Origin: an uncultured Flavobacteriaceae bacterium
Lineage (GTDB): Bacteria; Bacteroidota; Bacteroidia; NS11-12g; UBA955
Direction of reading: 5' to 3'
DNA length: 64,000 bases
Assembly: GCA_964475595.1 (NCBI GenBank)
Contig: CAYYXG010000012.1
Span: 19,465-83,464, forward strand
Shown here: piece after piece, positions 39,468 through 49,471 of the stretch
How the letters are laid out: each line of letters starts with the position of its first letter
How positions within the stretch are numbered: the stretch's first letter is position 1
The notes under the pieces: model-generated
Database searches by the model: none
Seen by the model: only the letters and a program-made list of their open reading frames with translations
What the model was told of the DNA's origin: nothing
Program-made: the position numbers and the translations under genes

Positions 39468-41744
39468 ATGAAGCATATATCACTAGGATGTATCATCCTG
39501 CTTGCGTTTGGGTCGCTGAAGGCCCAAAATAAATGTAATGCGGTGGTGCGTGGACAAATCCGAAATGTTCACGACAGTCTTCCTATTCCCTTTGCAGAAA
39601 TATTTGTAGAAACAGGCCATGTGCATGCGCAAAGCAATAAGGACGGCTATTTCTCTCTTAGTGGGCTGTGTAATGGTGCGGTTTTAATTGAAGTGGACAA
39701 ACATGGCTTTCAACACCTGCATAAGGAATTACAAGTTTATGGAGATACACAGATCGTAATATTTCTGACAGCCGTGAGTGCATGGACCGATACCATCATC
39801 ATACACGCAGGAAAAGAAAAATCGACCGCAATGACCCTCAACAGTCAAAAAATCATGGAGAAAAATGACTGCGACCTAAGCAGTATTAGTTCATCATTGC
39901 CGGGCATTCAAATTCTACAAGGTGGAAGAAACCAAAGCAAACCGATAGCCCATGGCATGTATGGGCTAAGATTTCCTATTATAAGTCAACAGTTCCGTCT
40001 TGAGGGGCAGGCCTGGGGCAATGACCACAACCCGGAAGCCGACGCCCGTGGTTTTGATGGAATAACTTGGATCAAGGATGCTTCTGTACTAAAATATGGC
40101 CATGATGCGATTGGTGGAGCCCTCCACCTTGAACGATATACCCGTGCGCATGAAGGCGAGCAAAACCTTGATCAGGTTGTTTCCTACAACAGCAATGGTC
40201 ATCAGGGAGGATATGCATTGCGTTTTATTCAGAAGTCAGACAGTGCTGCGCCGGTGATATTTGCCAATGCCGCATTGAGAAAATCAGGCAATTATCGCAC
40301 TCCGGATGTGTGGCTGGAAAACACAGCCCTGACGGAAATTTCCGTTTCAGGCGGGTATTCTTTACAAAAAAACGGACGAGAAACCCGCTTAGATGGAGAA
40401 TTTTACCGTTTTGAAAGTGGAATTTTCCGGGGAACCCGAACGGGAAATGTGGAAGATTTATTAAACGCAATTAATCGCGATGCGCCAACTACAGACAATC
40501 AATTCACCTATCGAATCGCACAACCCAGGCAGGTTGCCATACATGGAACGCTTCAAGGATCCAGCATTACCGCCACAGCCAAAGGAAAGCGGGAATGGCA
40601 CTATGCGTTGCAATATGACCAGCGAAGGGAATTTGATTTCCACCGCAACAGCAAAAACCAATTTCCGCAACTGGATTTGATTCTGCTTTCACCTTCCGTT
40701 ATATATAGACAAGTCGTTAAAACCAATGCAGAAACCCAATGGGAATGGGGCAATCAAATCACCGGGTATTTGCATCGATTTGGCGGATTTTATTTTATGC
40801 CGGATTTTCAGGGTTTCAGCAATGGCACCTATGCTGTGCTGCATAAACACCGTGAAAAACTGGCCCATACTTTAAGTGTGAGGTTAGATGAAAAGTACAT
40901 TTCAGCCCGCGAGCGAATTAATGGCAAATGGCAACAACAATCGCGATTTTTTATCCATTATAGTGCGGGTTACACCGGGTTAATCCAAACCGAAAAACAA
41001 TTGCTTCAATGGCATTTATCAAGTATGTGGAGGGCACCCTGGGTAAATGAACTTTATTCCTCGGGTGTGCATCATGGAGCAGCTTCCTATGAGCAGGGAA
41101 ACCGCAATCTCGGAATTGAAAGGAGCTACCGTGCTGAACTGGAATGGGAATACCACCTCAACCAAAAATTCACCCTATACCTATCCCCATTCTACAATTA
41201 TATGCCGGGTTTCATCAACCTTACCCCCATGCGGGAAGCCATACAAACCGTTCGTGGAGCATTTCCGGGATTTGAATATCTGCAGGGCAATGCTCGCTAT
41301 CTTGGTGGAGATCTACAGGTGAAAATCGTCATTTCTGACCGCTTTGACATTCAAAATGACGTTCAATATGTGCATGGAAAATATACCCATCAACCCCGGT
41401 ATCCGGCATTTTTACCTCCACTCCGCATTCATAATCGTATTTCATGGAAACTCCATGGAATTACCTGTCAGCTGCAACATGAATTTGTAGCCAGACAAAA
41501 TCTATACAACGCAGACAGTGATTTTCTGCCGCCTCCCCCCGGATACCGGTTATGGCACTTCATGCTAAAGTCTTCTCAGAAAAACCAAAATTCCTGGCGA
41601 TGGAACATCGAAATCAATAACCTCCTAAACCAAAGCTACCGCAGCTATCTGGATCGATTTAGGTACTTTATGGATATGCCGGGGCGTAACATTCGTATGG
41701 TTATCATCAAACCTTTACACCACCATCACAAAAAACACCTTTAA
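39468..41744 (+). CDS. TonB-dependent receptor with N-terminal CarboxypepD_reg-like domain and C-terminal His-rich tail
   Basis: Signal peptide, VVRGQIRN...DGYFSLSGL (carboxypeptidase-regulatory-like), plug and barrel-length body. It ends ...GRNIRMVIIKPLHHHHKKHL. Confidence 0.85.
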   Translation: MKHISLGCIILLAFGSLKAQNKCNAVVRGQIRNVHDSLPIPFAEIFVETGHVHAQSNKDGYFSLSGLCNGAVLIEVDKHGFQHLHKELQVYGDTQIVIFLTAVSAWTDTIIIHAGKEKSTAMTLNSQKIMEKNDCDLSSISSSLPGIQILQGGRNQSKPIAHGMYGLRFPIISQQFRLEGQAWGNDHNPEADARGFDGITWIKDASVLKYGHDAIGGALHLERYTRAHEGEQNLDQVVSYNSNGHQGGYALRFIQKSDSAAPVIFANAALRKSGNYRTPDVWLENTALTEISVSGGYSLQKNGRETRLDGEFYRFESGIFRGTRTGNVEDLLNAINRDAPTTDNQFTYRIAQPRQVAIHGTLQGSSITATAKGKREWHYALQYDQRREFDFHRNSKNQFPQLDLILLSPSVIYRQVVKTNAETQWEWGNQITGYLHRFGGFYFMPDFQGFSNGTYAVLHKHREKLAHTLSVRLDEKYISARERINGKWQQQSRFFIHYSAGYTGLIQTEKQLLQWHLSSMWRAPWVNELYSSGVHHGAASYEQGNRNLGIERSYRAELEWEYHLNQKFTLYLSPFYNYMPGFINLTPMREAIQTVRGAFPGFEYLQGNARYLGGDLQVKIVISDRFDIQNDVQYVHGKYTHQPRYPAFLPPLRIHNRISWKLHGITCQLQHEFVARQNLYNADSDFLPPPPGYRLWHFMLKSSQKNQNSWRWNIEINNLLNQSYRSYLDRFRYFMDMPGRNIRMVIIKPLHHHHKKHL

Positions 41745-41763
41745 CTTAATATACAAAAAAAAC

Positions 41764-42282
41764 ATGAAAAAAACAAATTTTCTTGTCGTAATGGCTGCCA
41801 CAGCAGCGCTGTTCAACCTCTCATCCTGTCATAAACATGACGAAGGAGAAAACGTTACCGCGGTTAAGCTAACACTCACGCCCACATCGGGCGGAACAGC
41901 CAAAACCTTTGTATGGAGCGATCCGGACGGTATTGGCGGAAATGCACCCAAACAAACCGACACCGTTTTGTGCGATAGCGGCACGAATTACACCGGTGAT
42001 CTTCAATTCTTCAATGGTGACAGCGACATTACATCTGAAATTAAAAATGAAGGCGGTGAACATTTCGTATGCTACAACGGGCCCACTTCCGATGTACTCG
42101 AAATTATTTACAAAGACAGCGATGGCCAATATCCCATCGGACTATCGACGGAATGGATTGCAAAGAAAAAAACTGCAGGACTCATTAGGATAGCCCTTAA
42201 ACATCAACCCAAAAGCAAGGATGGCACCTGCGATAAAGGTGAAACAGATGTGGATGTATCCTACCCTATACTGATTCAGTAA
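41764..42282 (+). CDS. lipoprotein, His-rich mature N-terminus, unknown function
   Basis: Lipobox LFNLSSC followed by HKHDEGE; 172 aa, immediately downstream of the receptor gene. Confidence 0.75.
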   Translation: MKKTNFLVVMAATAALFNLSSCHKHDEGENVTAVKLTLTPTSGGTAKTFVWSDPDGIGGNAPKQTDTVLCDSGTNYTGDLQFFNGDSDITSEIKNEGGEHFVCYNGPTSDVLEIIYKDSDGQYPIGLSTEWIAKKKTAGLIRIALKHQPKSKDGTCDKGETDVDVSYPILIQ

Positions 42283-42330
42283 AACTATTTTTATTACAGG
42301 CATGTTGAAGCTTTGCTGCGCTGAATGATG

Positions 42331-42338
42331 TAATTTTG
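42331..42338 (+). promoter_or_regulatory. Bacteroidota -7 promoter box (TAatTTTG)
   Basis: TAnnTTTG match 7 nt upstream of the ATG at 42345. The track TTG start at 42336 lies inside the box. Confidence 0.4.
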
Positions 42339-42344
42339 CAGACC

Positions 42345-43445
42345 ATGTCATCAGAAACAGCCAACTTAAAAAGCACTGCCCTATCGGATCTTCACGTATC
42401 GCTTGGGGCAAAAATGGTTCCGTTCGCAGGCTTCAACATGCCTGTTTTATATACCAATCTCATTCAAGAGCACCATACTGTGCGCAATGATGTGGGTGTG
42501 TTTGATGTGAGCCACATGGGAGAATTCTTTGTAGAAGGACCCAAGGCGTATGAGCTGGTGGAATATGTGACCAGCAATGATGTATCAACCTTGAGTGATG
42601 GCCGTGTGCAGTACTCATGTTTGCCCAACGAAAACGGCGGAATCGTAGATGATTTGCTGGTTTATCGTGTGAATGCAGAAAAATACCTGCTGGTGGTCAA
42701 TGCCGGCAATATTGATAAGGATTTTGCCTGGATTTCCAAACACAATGAAAAATTTGGGGCTACCTTAAGCAACCATAGTGACCAATATAGCTTGCTGGCA
42801 GTGCAGGGACCTAAGGCAACTGCCACATTGCAAAAGCTTACATCGGTAAATCTTTCAGAGATACCGTACTACCATTTTACCATTTCGGAAATGGCCGGTA
42901 TAAGCGAGGTAATTATCAGCAATACCGGTTACACAGGTGCGGGTGGATTTGAAATTTACATTAAAAATGCCGATGCCAAAGCCATGTGGGATGCCATTTT
43001 TACTGCCGGAGCAGATGCCGGTATAAAACCGATTGGACTGGGTGCAAGAGACACTTTGCGTCTTGAAAAAGGTTTCTGCCTATACGGAAACGACATTGAC
43101 GACACCACCTCTCCCATTGAAGCGGGCCTGGGCTGGATTACCAAATTCAATCATCCTTTCGTCCACAGCGATTATCATAAACAGCTCAAAGAAAACAAGC
43201 CATCCAAAAAACTGGTAGGTTTCAAGCTCATTGACAAAGGCATTCCACGCCAGCATTACCCGGTTTGTGATGAAGCGGGTAACCCAATCGGGGAAGTTAC
43301 CAGTGGCACGATGTCGCCAACACTCAACGAAGCCATTGGCTTGGCCTATGTACCTGCATCGCTATCCACGGCAGGAAGCACCCTTTTTATTGAAGTGCGC
43401 GGCAAACTCCTCAAAGGCGAGGTTTGCAAGCTCCCATTCTTATAA
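42345..43445 (+). CDS. gcvT: glycine cleavage system aminomethyltransferase (T protein)
   Basis: [33 protein letters not shown], and [13 protein letters not shown]. Confidence 0.93.
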   Translation: MSSETANLKSTALSDLHVSLGAKMVPFAGFNMPVLYTNLIQEHHTVRNDVGVFDVSHMGEFFVEGPKAYELVEYVTSNDVSTLSDGRVQYSCLPNENGGIVDDLLVYRVNAEKYLLVVNAGNIDKDFAWISKHNEKFGATLSNHSDQYSLLAVQGPKATATLQKLTSVNLSEIPYYHFTISEMAGISEVIISNTGYTGAGGFEIYIKNADAKAMWDAIFTAGADAGIKPIGLGARDTLRLEKGFCLYGNDIDDTTSPIEAGLGWITKFNHPFVHSDYHKQLKENKPSKKLVGFKLIDKGIPRQHYPVCDEAGNPIGEVTSGTMSPTLNEAIGLAYVPASLSTAGSTLFIEVRGKLLKGEVCKLPFL

Positions 43446-43447
43446 TT

Positions 43448-43654
43448 TCAGGGATTTAGCGGCTTCACAGAAAGTACATTCCTTAGCGGAATGATTTTCC
43501 CGGAAGCGATGAGGGTCTTTTGATCCATATCAAGATTGATAATCGGGGATACTATTAATTTAACATCACACCGGTTATCCAGATAACGAATTTCACAATT
43601 CAATTTCTGTTCGCACCAGATGCGCCAAGTATCAAAAACTTCTGATTGTACCAT
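43448..43654 (-). CDS. small hypothetical ORF (68 aa), possibly coupled to the permease gene
   Basis: Its ATG overlaps the permease stop by 1 nt (TAATG). There is no motif, so it could instead be non-coding 3' region. Confidence 0.3.
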   Translation of the reverse strand: MVQSEVFDTWRIWCEQKLNCEIRYLDNRCDVKLIVSPIINLDMDQKTLIASGKIIPLRNVLSVKPLNP

Positions 43655-44880
43655 TATTCAAACCGCAGCGCATCTATGGGATTGAGGCGAGCCGCCCTGG
43701 TCGCCGGGTAAATACCGGCCACAAGGCCCACTACCATACAGACCATGATGGACATCAGCATCCATTTCCACGGAATGATAAAACCGGTACCCAGGCCAAA
43801 CCCTACGAGATTGCCAAGGAGTATTCCCAACACAATCCCACCCAGACCGCCTAACTGACATATAACAACTGCTTCGGTTAAAAACTGGTTGCGTATCACC
43901 GCAGATGAAGCGCCCAGGGCTTTCCTTACGCCAATCTCACGGGTTCTTTCCGTTACAGATACCAGCATGATATTCATTAAACTCACCGCAGCCCCGATTA
44001 AGGTAATGATGGCAATAATGGTTCCCACCAATGTCACCATTTTTAAGTTGTCTATGGCATCTTTGGCCAACGCATCACTCTTGGTCAAGTTAAAATCATC
44101 CGGTTTTGCACTGCCCAGCCCTCGCACCCTTCGCATCAACAAGTAGGCCTCATCCATGGCAGGATCGAGCTGTTCAATGCTATTTACGGCCACATTGATA
44201 AAGTAGTTTTCCTGGCCGTTGTTAAAATCCATCCTTGAACGGCTTACCGGAATAAAAACAACCCGATCACCACCCGACATCCCCATACTGGAACCCTTTT
44301 CGGCCAAAATGCCTGCTACACGAAAAGTTTTTCCGTTTACTTTAATGATTTCTCCCAACCCATTTTTTCCCAGAAGCGAACTCGCAATCTCTTTTCCTAT
44401 AATGGCCAGGGGCAATGCCAAATCGATATCATTGGTTGTGAAATTGCGGCCTTGCTCCAGTTCATAGCTGGCTGTTTTTAAATAATTCTCATCCACCCCA
44501 ATAACCCGGGCATTGGGATTGGTTTCTTTATTTTTGAATCGGACTTTTGCGGTCATATCCGCATTTCGGCTGATAGATACTTCAGCAGGAAATGTAAATG
44601 ACTTTTTAAAACTACTGGCCTGTATCCAAGAAATCGGTTCAGCAATGGTGCTACCCGGTGCACCATGCCTTTGAAAGCCCTGACTGTTTCTGATATTAAA
44701 ACTCTGGGATCCCATGCGTGAGAATGTCTTTGTGATTGCACTATTCATGGCATCAATAGAAGTAAGGATGCCCACCAGGGCAGCAATGCCAATGGCAATA
44801 ATCAGGCACGTAATAACCGTCCTAAGCAGGTTGGTTTTCACCGCTTCCAGCCCCTGCCTGATATTTTCTTGGATACGCAT
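43654..44880 (-). CDS. ABC transporter permease, MacB/FtsX family
   Basis: N-terminal TM helix, a large periplasmic MacB_PCD-like domain and a C-terminal FtsX 3-TM bundle (REIGVRKALGAS). Confidence 0.88.
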   Translation of the reverse strand: MRIQENIRQGLEAVKTNLLRTVITCLIIAIGIAALVGILTSIDAMNSAITKTFSRMGSQSFNIRNSQGFQRHGAPGSTIAEPISWIQASSFKKSFTFPAEVSISRNADMTAKVRFKNKETNPNARVIGVDENYLKTASYELEQGRNFTTNDIDLALPLAIIGKEIASSLLGKNGLGEIIKVNGKTFRVAGILAEKGSSMGMSGGDRVVFIPVSRSRMDFNNGQENYFINVAVNSIEQLDPAMDEAYLLMRRVRGLGSAKPDDFNLTKSDALAKDAIDNLKMVTLVGTIIAIITLIGAAVSLMNIMLVSVTERTREIGVRKALGASSAVIRNQFLTEAVVICQLGGLGGIVLGILLGNLVGFGLGTGFIIPWKWMLMSIMVCMVVGLVAGIYPATRAARLNPIDALRFE

Positions 44881-44909
44881 AAATGTGGTGCTAAAGGAAA
44901 CTTCGTTCC

Positions 44910-45266
44910 TTAGGCGCTAAAACTCTGACCGCAGCCGCAGGTTTCCTTAGCATTGGGATTGCTAAACGTGAACCCCCGATTATTCAGTCCATTTTCCCAG
45001 TCTATCACCATTCCCAGCACATACATAACATGCGCCTTGTTCATTACCACCGAAATGCCTTCTACGGCATATTCACGGTCACCCTCTTCCTTTTTATCAA
45101 AAGCAAGGAGGTAGCTCAATCCTGAACACCCACCGCCTTTGACACCGATTCTGAGATATGACTCCTCAGTACCGGCCAATTCACTTTTTAGGCGTTGCAA
45201 TTCAGCGATGGCATTCTGGGTAAACTGAACCGGTGGGGCTTCTACATGAATATTCGTTGTTTCCAT
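44910..45266 (-). CDS. HesB/IscA-family Fe-S cluster insertion protein
   Basis: GGCSGLSY and C-terminal CGCGQSF. I chose the internal ATG at 45266. Confidence 0.88.
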   Translation of the reverse strand: METTNIHVEAPPVQFTQNAIAELQRLKSELAGTEESYLRIGVKGGGCSGLSYLLAFDKKEEGDREYAVEGISVVMNKAHVMYVLGMVIDWENGLNNRGFTFSNPNAKETCGCGQSFSA

Positions 45267-45345
45267 GGGTATAATATGCAAAGTTAACATTTTTTCTCCC
45301 GAATCGTTTCCACCGGCTCATGCCAATAATCGTAACCAATGTAAT

Positions 45346-45353
45346 TATATTTG
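45346..45353 (+). promoter_or_regulatory. Bacteroidota -7 promoter box (TAtaTTTG)
   Basis: TAnnTTTG match 14 nt upstream of the ATG at 45367. This supports that start over the track start at 45265. Confidence 0.45.
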
Positions 45354-45366
45354 CAGAACCCAAACA

Positions 45367-45906
45367 ATGAACAACGTTGAAGTCTTTATCGAAGTTCTAA
45401 AGTTCATCCTGCCTGCCATCATGGTGTTCTTTACTGCTTATTTTGTGCTCAAAAATCAGGGGGAATCACAACTATCAAGATTGCGACTGGAAGTATTAAA
45501 ACAAAATCAACACGTACTCACACCCATAAAGTTGCAAGCCTACGAAAGAATGACCTTGTTCCTGGAGCGAATCAGCCCCATTCAGCTGTTGCAAACGCAC
45601 AATCAGCCCGACATTAGCGGCAAAGCCCTTAAGCATATCTTAATAACCACCGTTCAAAACGAGTATAACTATAATCTATCGCAACAGATTTACATGAGCC
45701 CACAGGCATGGAATCTCATCAAAGTGGTGAAGGAACAGGTAATACGGCTTATTACGGAGGCCTCTTCCGGCATGCCTGAACAGGCAAGTTCCAATGATCT
45801 TAGCAATATGATTATTGAATACCTCAAAAATCACGGTGAGCAACCCACAGATAAGGCCATACAATTTATCAAAGCCGAAGTTGGGCTTATGTTTGGCCAA
45901 CCATAA
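45367..45906 (+). CDS. N-terminally anchored hypothetical protein
   Basis: 179 aa with TM helix [16 protein letters not shown]. It ends 3 nt before the mutase gene. Confidence 0.65.
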   Translation: MNNVEVFIEVLKFILPAIMVFFTAYFVLKNQGESQLSRLRLEVLKQNQHVLTPIKLQAYERMTLFLERISPIQLLQTHNQPDISGKALKHILITTVQNEYNYNLSQQIYMSPQAWNLIKVVKEQVIRLITEASSGMPEQASSNDLSNMIIEYLKNHGEQPTDKAIQFIKAEVGLMFGQP

Positions 45907-45908
45907 CC

Positions 45909-47453
45909 ATGAAAAAAACAGATTCAGGAATTCCTATTGAAGAGGTATACACACAGTCAGCCGGCATGAAGGAGTTGCCCGGAGAATATCCTTTTACCCG
46001 GGGCATTCGTAAAGACATGTATCGGGGCCGACTGTGGACCATGCGCCAATATGCGGGATTTAGCACCGCAGAAGAGAGCAATGAACGCTACCATTACCTG
46101 TTATCTCAGGGAACTACAGGCCTGTCTGTAGCATTTGATCTGCCCACCCAGATTGGTTATGACAGCGACCATCCCATGAGCGAGGGTGAGGTAGGCAAGG
46201 TGGGCGTTGCCATTGATTCGCTGGCTGATATGGAAACCCTTTTCAAGGGAATTACCTTGCAAAACATAACCAGCAGCATGACCATCAATGCCACGGCCTC
46301 TACCCTACTGGCGATGTATGTGGCACTGGCCAAAAAACAAGGGGCTGATTTAAGTAAAATTTCGGGAACCATACAAAATGATATTCTAAAAGAATACGCA
46401 GCAAGGGGCACCTACATATACCCTGTAAGGCCCAGCATGCGGATCATAACCGATATTTTCGCCTGGTGCAGCCAAGAATTGCCAAAATGGAATACCATTT
46501 CAATTAGCGGATATCATATTCGGGAAGCAGGCAGCACAGCCGTGCAAGAGCTCGCTTTTACACTAAGCAATGGTAAAGCCTACGTGAAAGCCGCTCTGGA
46601 TCAAGGTCTCGATATCAATGTGTTTGGCAAGCGATTGTCATTCTTTTTCAATGCCCACAACAATCTTTTTGAGGAAGTGGCCAAATTCCGTGCAGCCCGA
46701 AGATTATGGGCTTCTATGATGAAAGAGATGGGCGCCACAGCACCGGATGCCATGATGCTTCGCTTTCACACCCAAACAGGCGGTTCAACGCTTACCGCAC
46801 AGCAACCGGATGTAAACATTGTTCGTGTGGCTATACAATCTATGGCCGCAGTATTGGGAGGCACCCAAAGTTTACACACCAATGGGTTTGATGAAGCCCT
46901 GGGTTTACCTACACAAGATGCTGCGCGCATTGCATTGCGCACACAACAGGTAGTGGCACATGAAAGCGGAATCACCGATACCGTTGACCCACTTGGAGGC
47001 AGCTATTTCATTGAAAACCTTACCGATCAGATGGAAATGGAGGCACGCAACCTTATAGCCCTGATTGATGATATGGGCGGCTCTGTATCTGCGGTGGAAA
47101 ATGGCTGGATGCAGGATGAAATTGCCAGAAGCAGCTATAACTATCAGAAGGATATAGATAACGGTAAGAAGGTTATAGTCGGAGTGAACGCTTTCAATGT
47201 TGATCAACAGGAAAGCACGCCACCAATTTTAAAAATTGATGACAACATCAGGCAAACACAAATTCAAAAATTACAGCAGCTAAAATCCAACAGGAATGCT
47301 GAAATGGTTGAGGCAAATTTAGCCCAAATTTCAGAGGCAGCCCGAAACGGCAATAACCTCATGCCGGTGATTTTAACAGCGGTGGAAAATTATGCTACGC
47401 TGGGCGAAATTGCCGACGTACTTCGACAAGAATACGGAGAGTACAATGCATAA
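45909..47453 (+). CDS. methylmalonyl-CoA mutase family, substrate-binding (large) subunit without B12-binding domain
   Basis: YPFTRGI...[31 protein letters not shown] and [10 protein letters not shown]. The 514-aa protein ends before the position of the cobalamin-binding domain. Confidence 0.9.
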   Translation: MKKTDSGIPIEEVYTQSAGMKELPGEYPFTRGIRKDMYRGRLWTMRQYAGFSTAEESNERYHYLLSQGTTGLSVAFDLPTQIGYDSDHPMSEGEVGKVGVAIDSLADMETLFKGITLQNITSSMTINATASTLLAMYVALAKKQGADLSKISGTIQNDILKEYAARGTYIYPVRPSMRIITDIFAWCSQELPKWNTISISGYHIREAGSTAVQELAFTLSNGKAYVKAALDQGLDINVFGKRLSFFFNAHNNLFEEVAKFRAARRLWASMMKEMGATAPDAMMLRFHTQTGGSTLTAQQPDVNIVRVAIQSMAAVLGGTQSLHTNGFDEALGLPTQDAARIALRTQQVVAHESGITDTVDPLGGSYFIENLTDQMEMEARNLIALIDDMGGSVSAVENGWMQDEIARSSYNYQKDIDNGKKVIVGVNAFNVDQQESTPPILKIDDNIRQTQIQKLQQLKSNRNAEMVEANLAQISEAARNGNNLMPVILTAVENYATLGEIADVLRQEYGEYNA

Positions 47454-47611
47454 TCGTTCCGCTAATAAACTACTATAAAAAAAGTTTTTAGACAAGCAAA
47501 AAAAGTTAGCACATTGTGAATTTTTGTTTTTTATTAGCAGAATATTTCGTCGTATATGCGATGATATAAAAATCAAACACTTAATCAACCATTATAGTAC
47601 TCAATGAAGAA

Positions 47612-49069
47612 ATGACTCCGGGAAAATCTACCACTGAAAACAAGAGCCATGAACTAGCTTGGCAGGAATGTCTTAAAATCATCAAAGACAATGTAAATCC
47701 GCAAAGCTATAAAACGTGGTTTGAGCCCATCAAGGCGATCAAGTTGCAAAATAAAGTTTTGACCATACAGGTTCCCAGCCAGTTTTTCTATGAGTGGCTG
47801 GAGGAACATTATGTGCAACTGTTGCATAAGACCCTTAAAAAAGTAATTGGTCCAACGGCCAAATTAGAATACAACATTATCATTGAAACTGCAGGGCAAG
47901 ATCAATTGCCTTACACCATCAATCTCCCTACGGGTAATAGCAGCAAGCCCGCTCAAAATGAACTGGGCATGCCTGTGAATCTGGATACGCCGATAAAAAA
48001 TCCTTTCATCATTCCCGGATTGAAAAAGATGAACATCGACAGCCAGTTAAATCCCCGATACACTTTTGACAATTTTGTGGAGGGTGAGTGCAACAAACTG
48101 GCCCGCAATGCAGGTCTGGCCATTGCCAGTAAACCCGGAGGAACTGCGTTCAACCCGCTCATGGTATTTGGCGGATGTGGATTGGGTAAAACCCACCTGG
48201 CTCACGCCATCGGTAATTTAATTAAGCAAAATCACAAACAAAAAGTGGTAGTGTTTGTGAGTGCTGAAAAATTTATCAATCAGTTTATTGATTCTGCCAA
48301 ACAGGGCAACAACAATCAGTTCATCAACTTTTATCAATACCTGGATGTGCTGATTGTGGACGATGTGCAGTTCTTCTCCAAAAAAGAAAGAACCCAGGAA
48401 ATCTTCTTTCAGATTTTCAATCATCTTCACCAGAATGGCAAGCAAATCATCCTTACCTGTGACCGTCCTCCCAAAGATTTGAAAAACATGGATGAGCGAC
48501 TGCTCAGCCGATTCAAATGGGGCCTCAGTGCAGATTTGGGAACACCTGATTTCGAAACCCGTGTGGCCATATTGGAAAATAAAATGTATCAGGACGGCAT
48601 CAGTCTGCACCGCGATATTGTGGAGTACTTGGCACACAACATAGATAATAACATTCGTGAATTGGAAGGTGCCCTCATTTCATTGTTGGCGCAGTCTTCG
48701 CTCACACGCAAGCAAATAGATCTGAATCTGGCCAAGCAGGTGGTGAAAAATTTTGTAAAAAACAGCACCCGCGAAATCAGTATCGAATACATCCAAAAAC
48801 TGGTTTGCGATTTTTACAACATTCCTGTGGAAGCGGTAAAATCCAAAACCCGCAAACGCGAGATTGTTCAGGCACGCCAAATTGCCATGTATTTCACCAA
48901 AGACCTGACCAAAGCATCGCTCAAAAATATCGGTATGTTCTTCGGTGGTCGTGACCACAGCACCGTGATTCACGCTTGCCAGACCGTTAACGACCTCATG
49001 GAAACCGATAAAAAATTCCGCCACGATGTGGAGGAAATAGAAAAACGAATAAAAATTAACACATTCTAA
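47612..49069 (+). CDS. dnaA: chromosomal replication initiator protein DnaA
   Basis: FDNFVEGECN, Walker A GGCGLGKTHL, VLIVDDVQF, and C-terminal domain IV (ARQIAMYF...GGRDHSTVIHA). Confidence 0.97.
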   Translation: MTPGKSTTENKSHELAWQECLKIIKDNVNPQSYKTWFEPIKAIKLQNKVLTIQVPSQFFYEWLEEHYVQLLHKTLKKVIGPTAKLEYNIIIETAGQDQLPYTINLPTGNSSKPAQNELGMPVNLDTPIKNPFIIPGLKKMNIDSQLNPRYTFDNFVEGECNKLARNAGLAIASKPGGTAFNPLMVFGGCGLGKTHLAHAIGNLIKQNHKQKVVVFVSAEKFINQFIDSAKQGNNNQFINFYQYLDVLIVDDVQFFSKKERTQEIFFQIFNHLHQNGKQIILTCDRPPKDLKNMDERLLSRFKWGLSADLGTPDFETRVAILENKMYQDGISLHRDIVEYLAHNIDNNIRELEGALISLLAQSSLTRKQIDLNLAKQVVKNFVKNSTREISIEYIQKLVCDFYNIPVEAVKSKTRKREIVQARQIAMYFTKDLTKASLKNIGMFFGGRDHSTVIHACQTVNDLMETDKKFRHDVEEIEKRIKINTF

Positions 49070-49076
49070 CCCTTAA

Positions 49077-49099
49077 ATCCCGCCACGGCGGGATTTTTT
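49077..49099 (+). terminator. intrinsic terminator after dnaA
   Basis: ATCCCGCcacgGCGGGAT followed by TTTTTT. The run ends directly at the ATG of dgkA (49100). Confidence 0.7.
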
Positions 49100-49471
49100 A
49101 TGCAGAACCATCATTTCAAATCATCATTGCGAAACGCCCTAAATGGATTGAAAGCTGCTTTTTACGAACAGCGAAACCTGCGCATTCAGGCGGCGGTAGC
49201 AGTACTCACTGTATTAATGGGTATCTGGTTAAAAATTACCCGGATGGAATGGGCCATTGTGTTTACTTGCATAGGATTGGTAATGGGTTTAGAATTGCTG
49301 AATTCAGCCATTGAAGTTTTACTGGATAAAATTCACCCTGAAAAAGATGTAGCCATTGGAAAAGCCAAAGACATTGCGGCCGGAGCGGTACTACTGGCAT
49401 CGGTTTGCAGCGTAATTGCCGGTTTCTGGATCTTCTACGTAAGAATATCAGCGATGTTTAACGGATACTGA
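49100..49471 (+). CDS. dgkA: diacylglycerol kinase (DgkA family)
   Basis: 123 aa, three TM helices, EQRNLRIQ...[10 protein letters not shown] and [10 protein letters not shown]. Confidence 0.88.
   Translation: MQNHHFKSSLRNALNGLKAAFYEQRNLRIQAAVAVLTVLMGIWLKITRMEWAIVFTCIGLVMGLELLNSAIEVLLDKIHPEKDVAIGKAKDIAAGAVLLASVCSVIAGFWIFYVRISAMFNGY

Noticed and set aside
42283-42344. A possible glycine riboswitch upstream of gcvT.
   Set aside because: The intergenic region is only about 60 nt and is occupied by a promoter box, too short for a glycine riboswitch aptamer.
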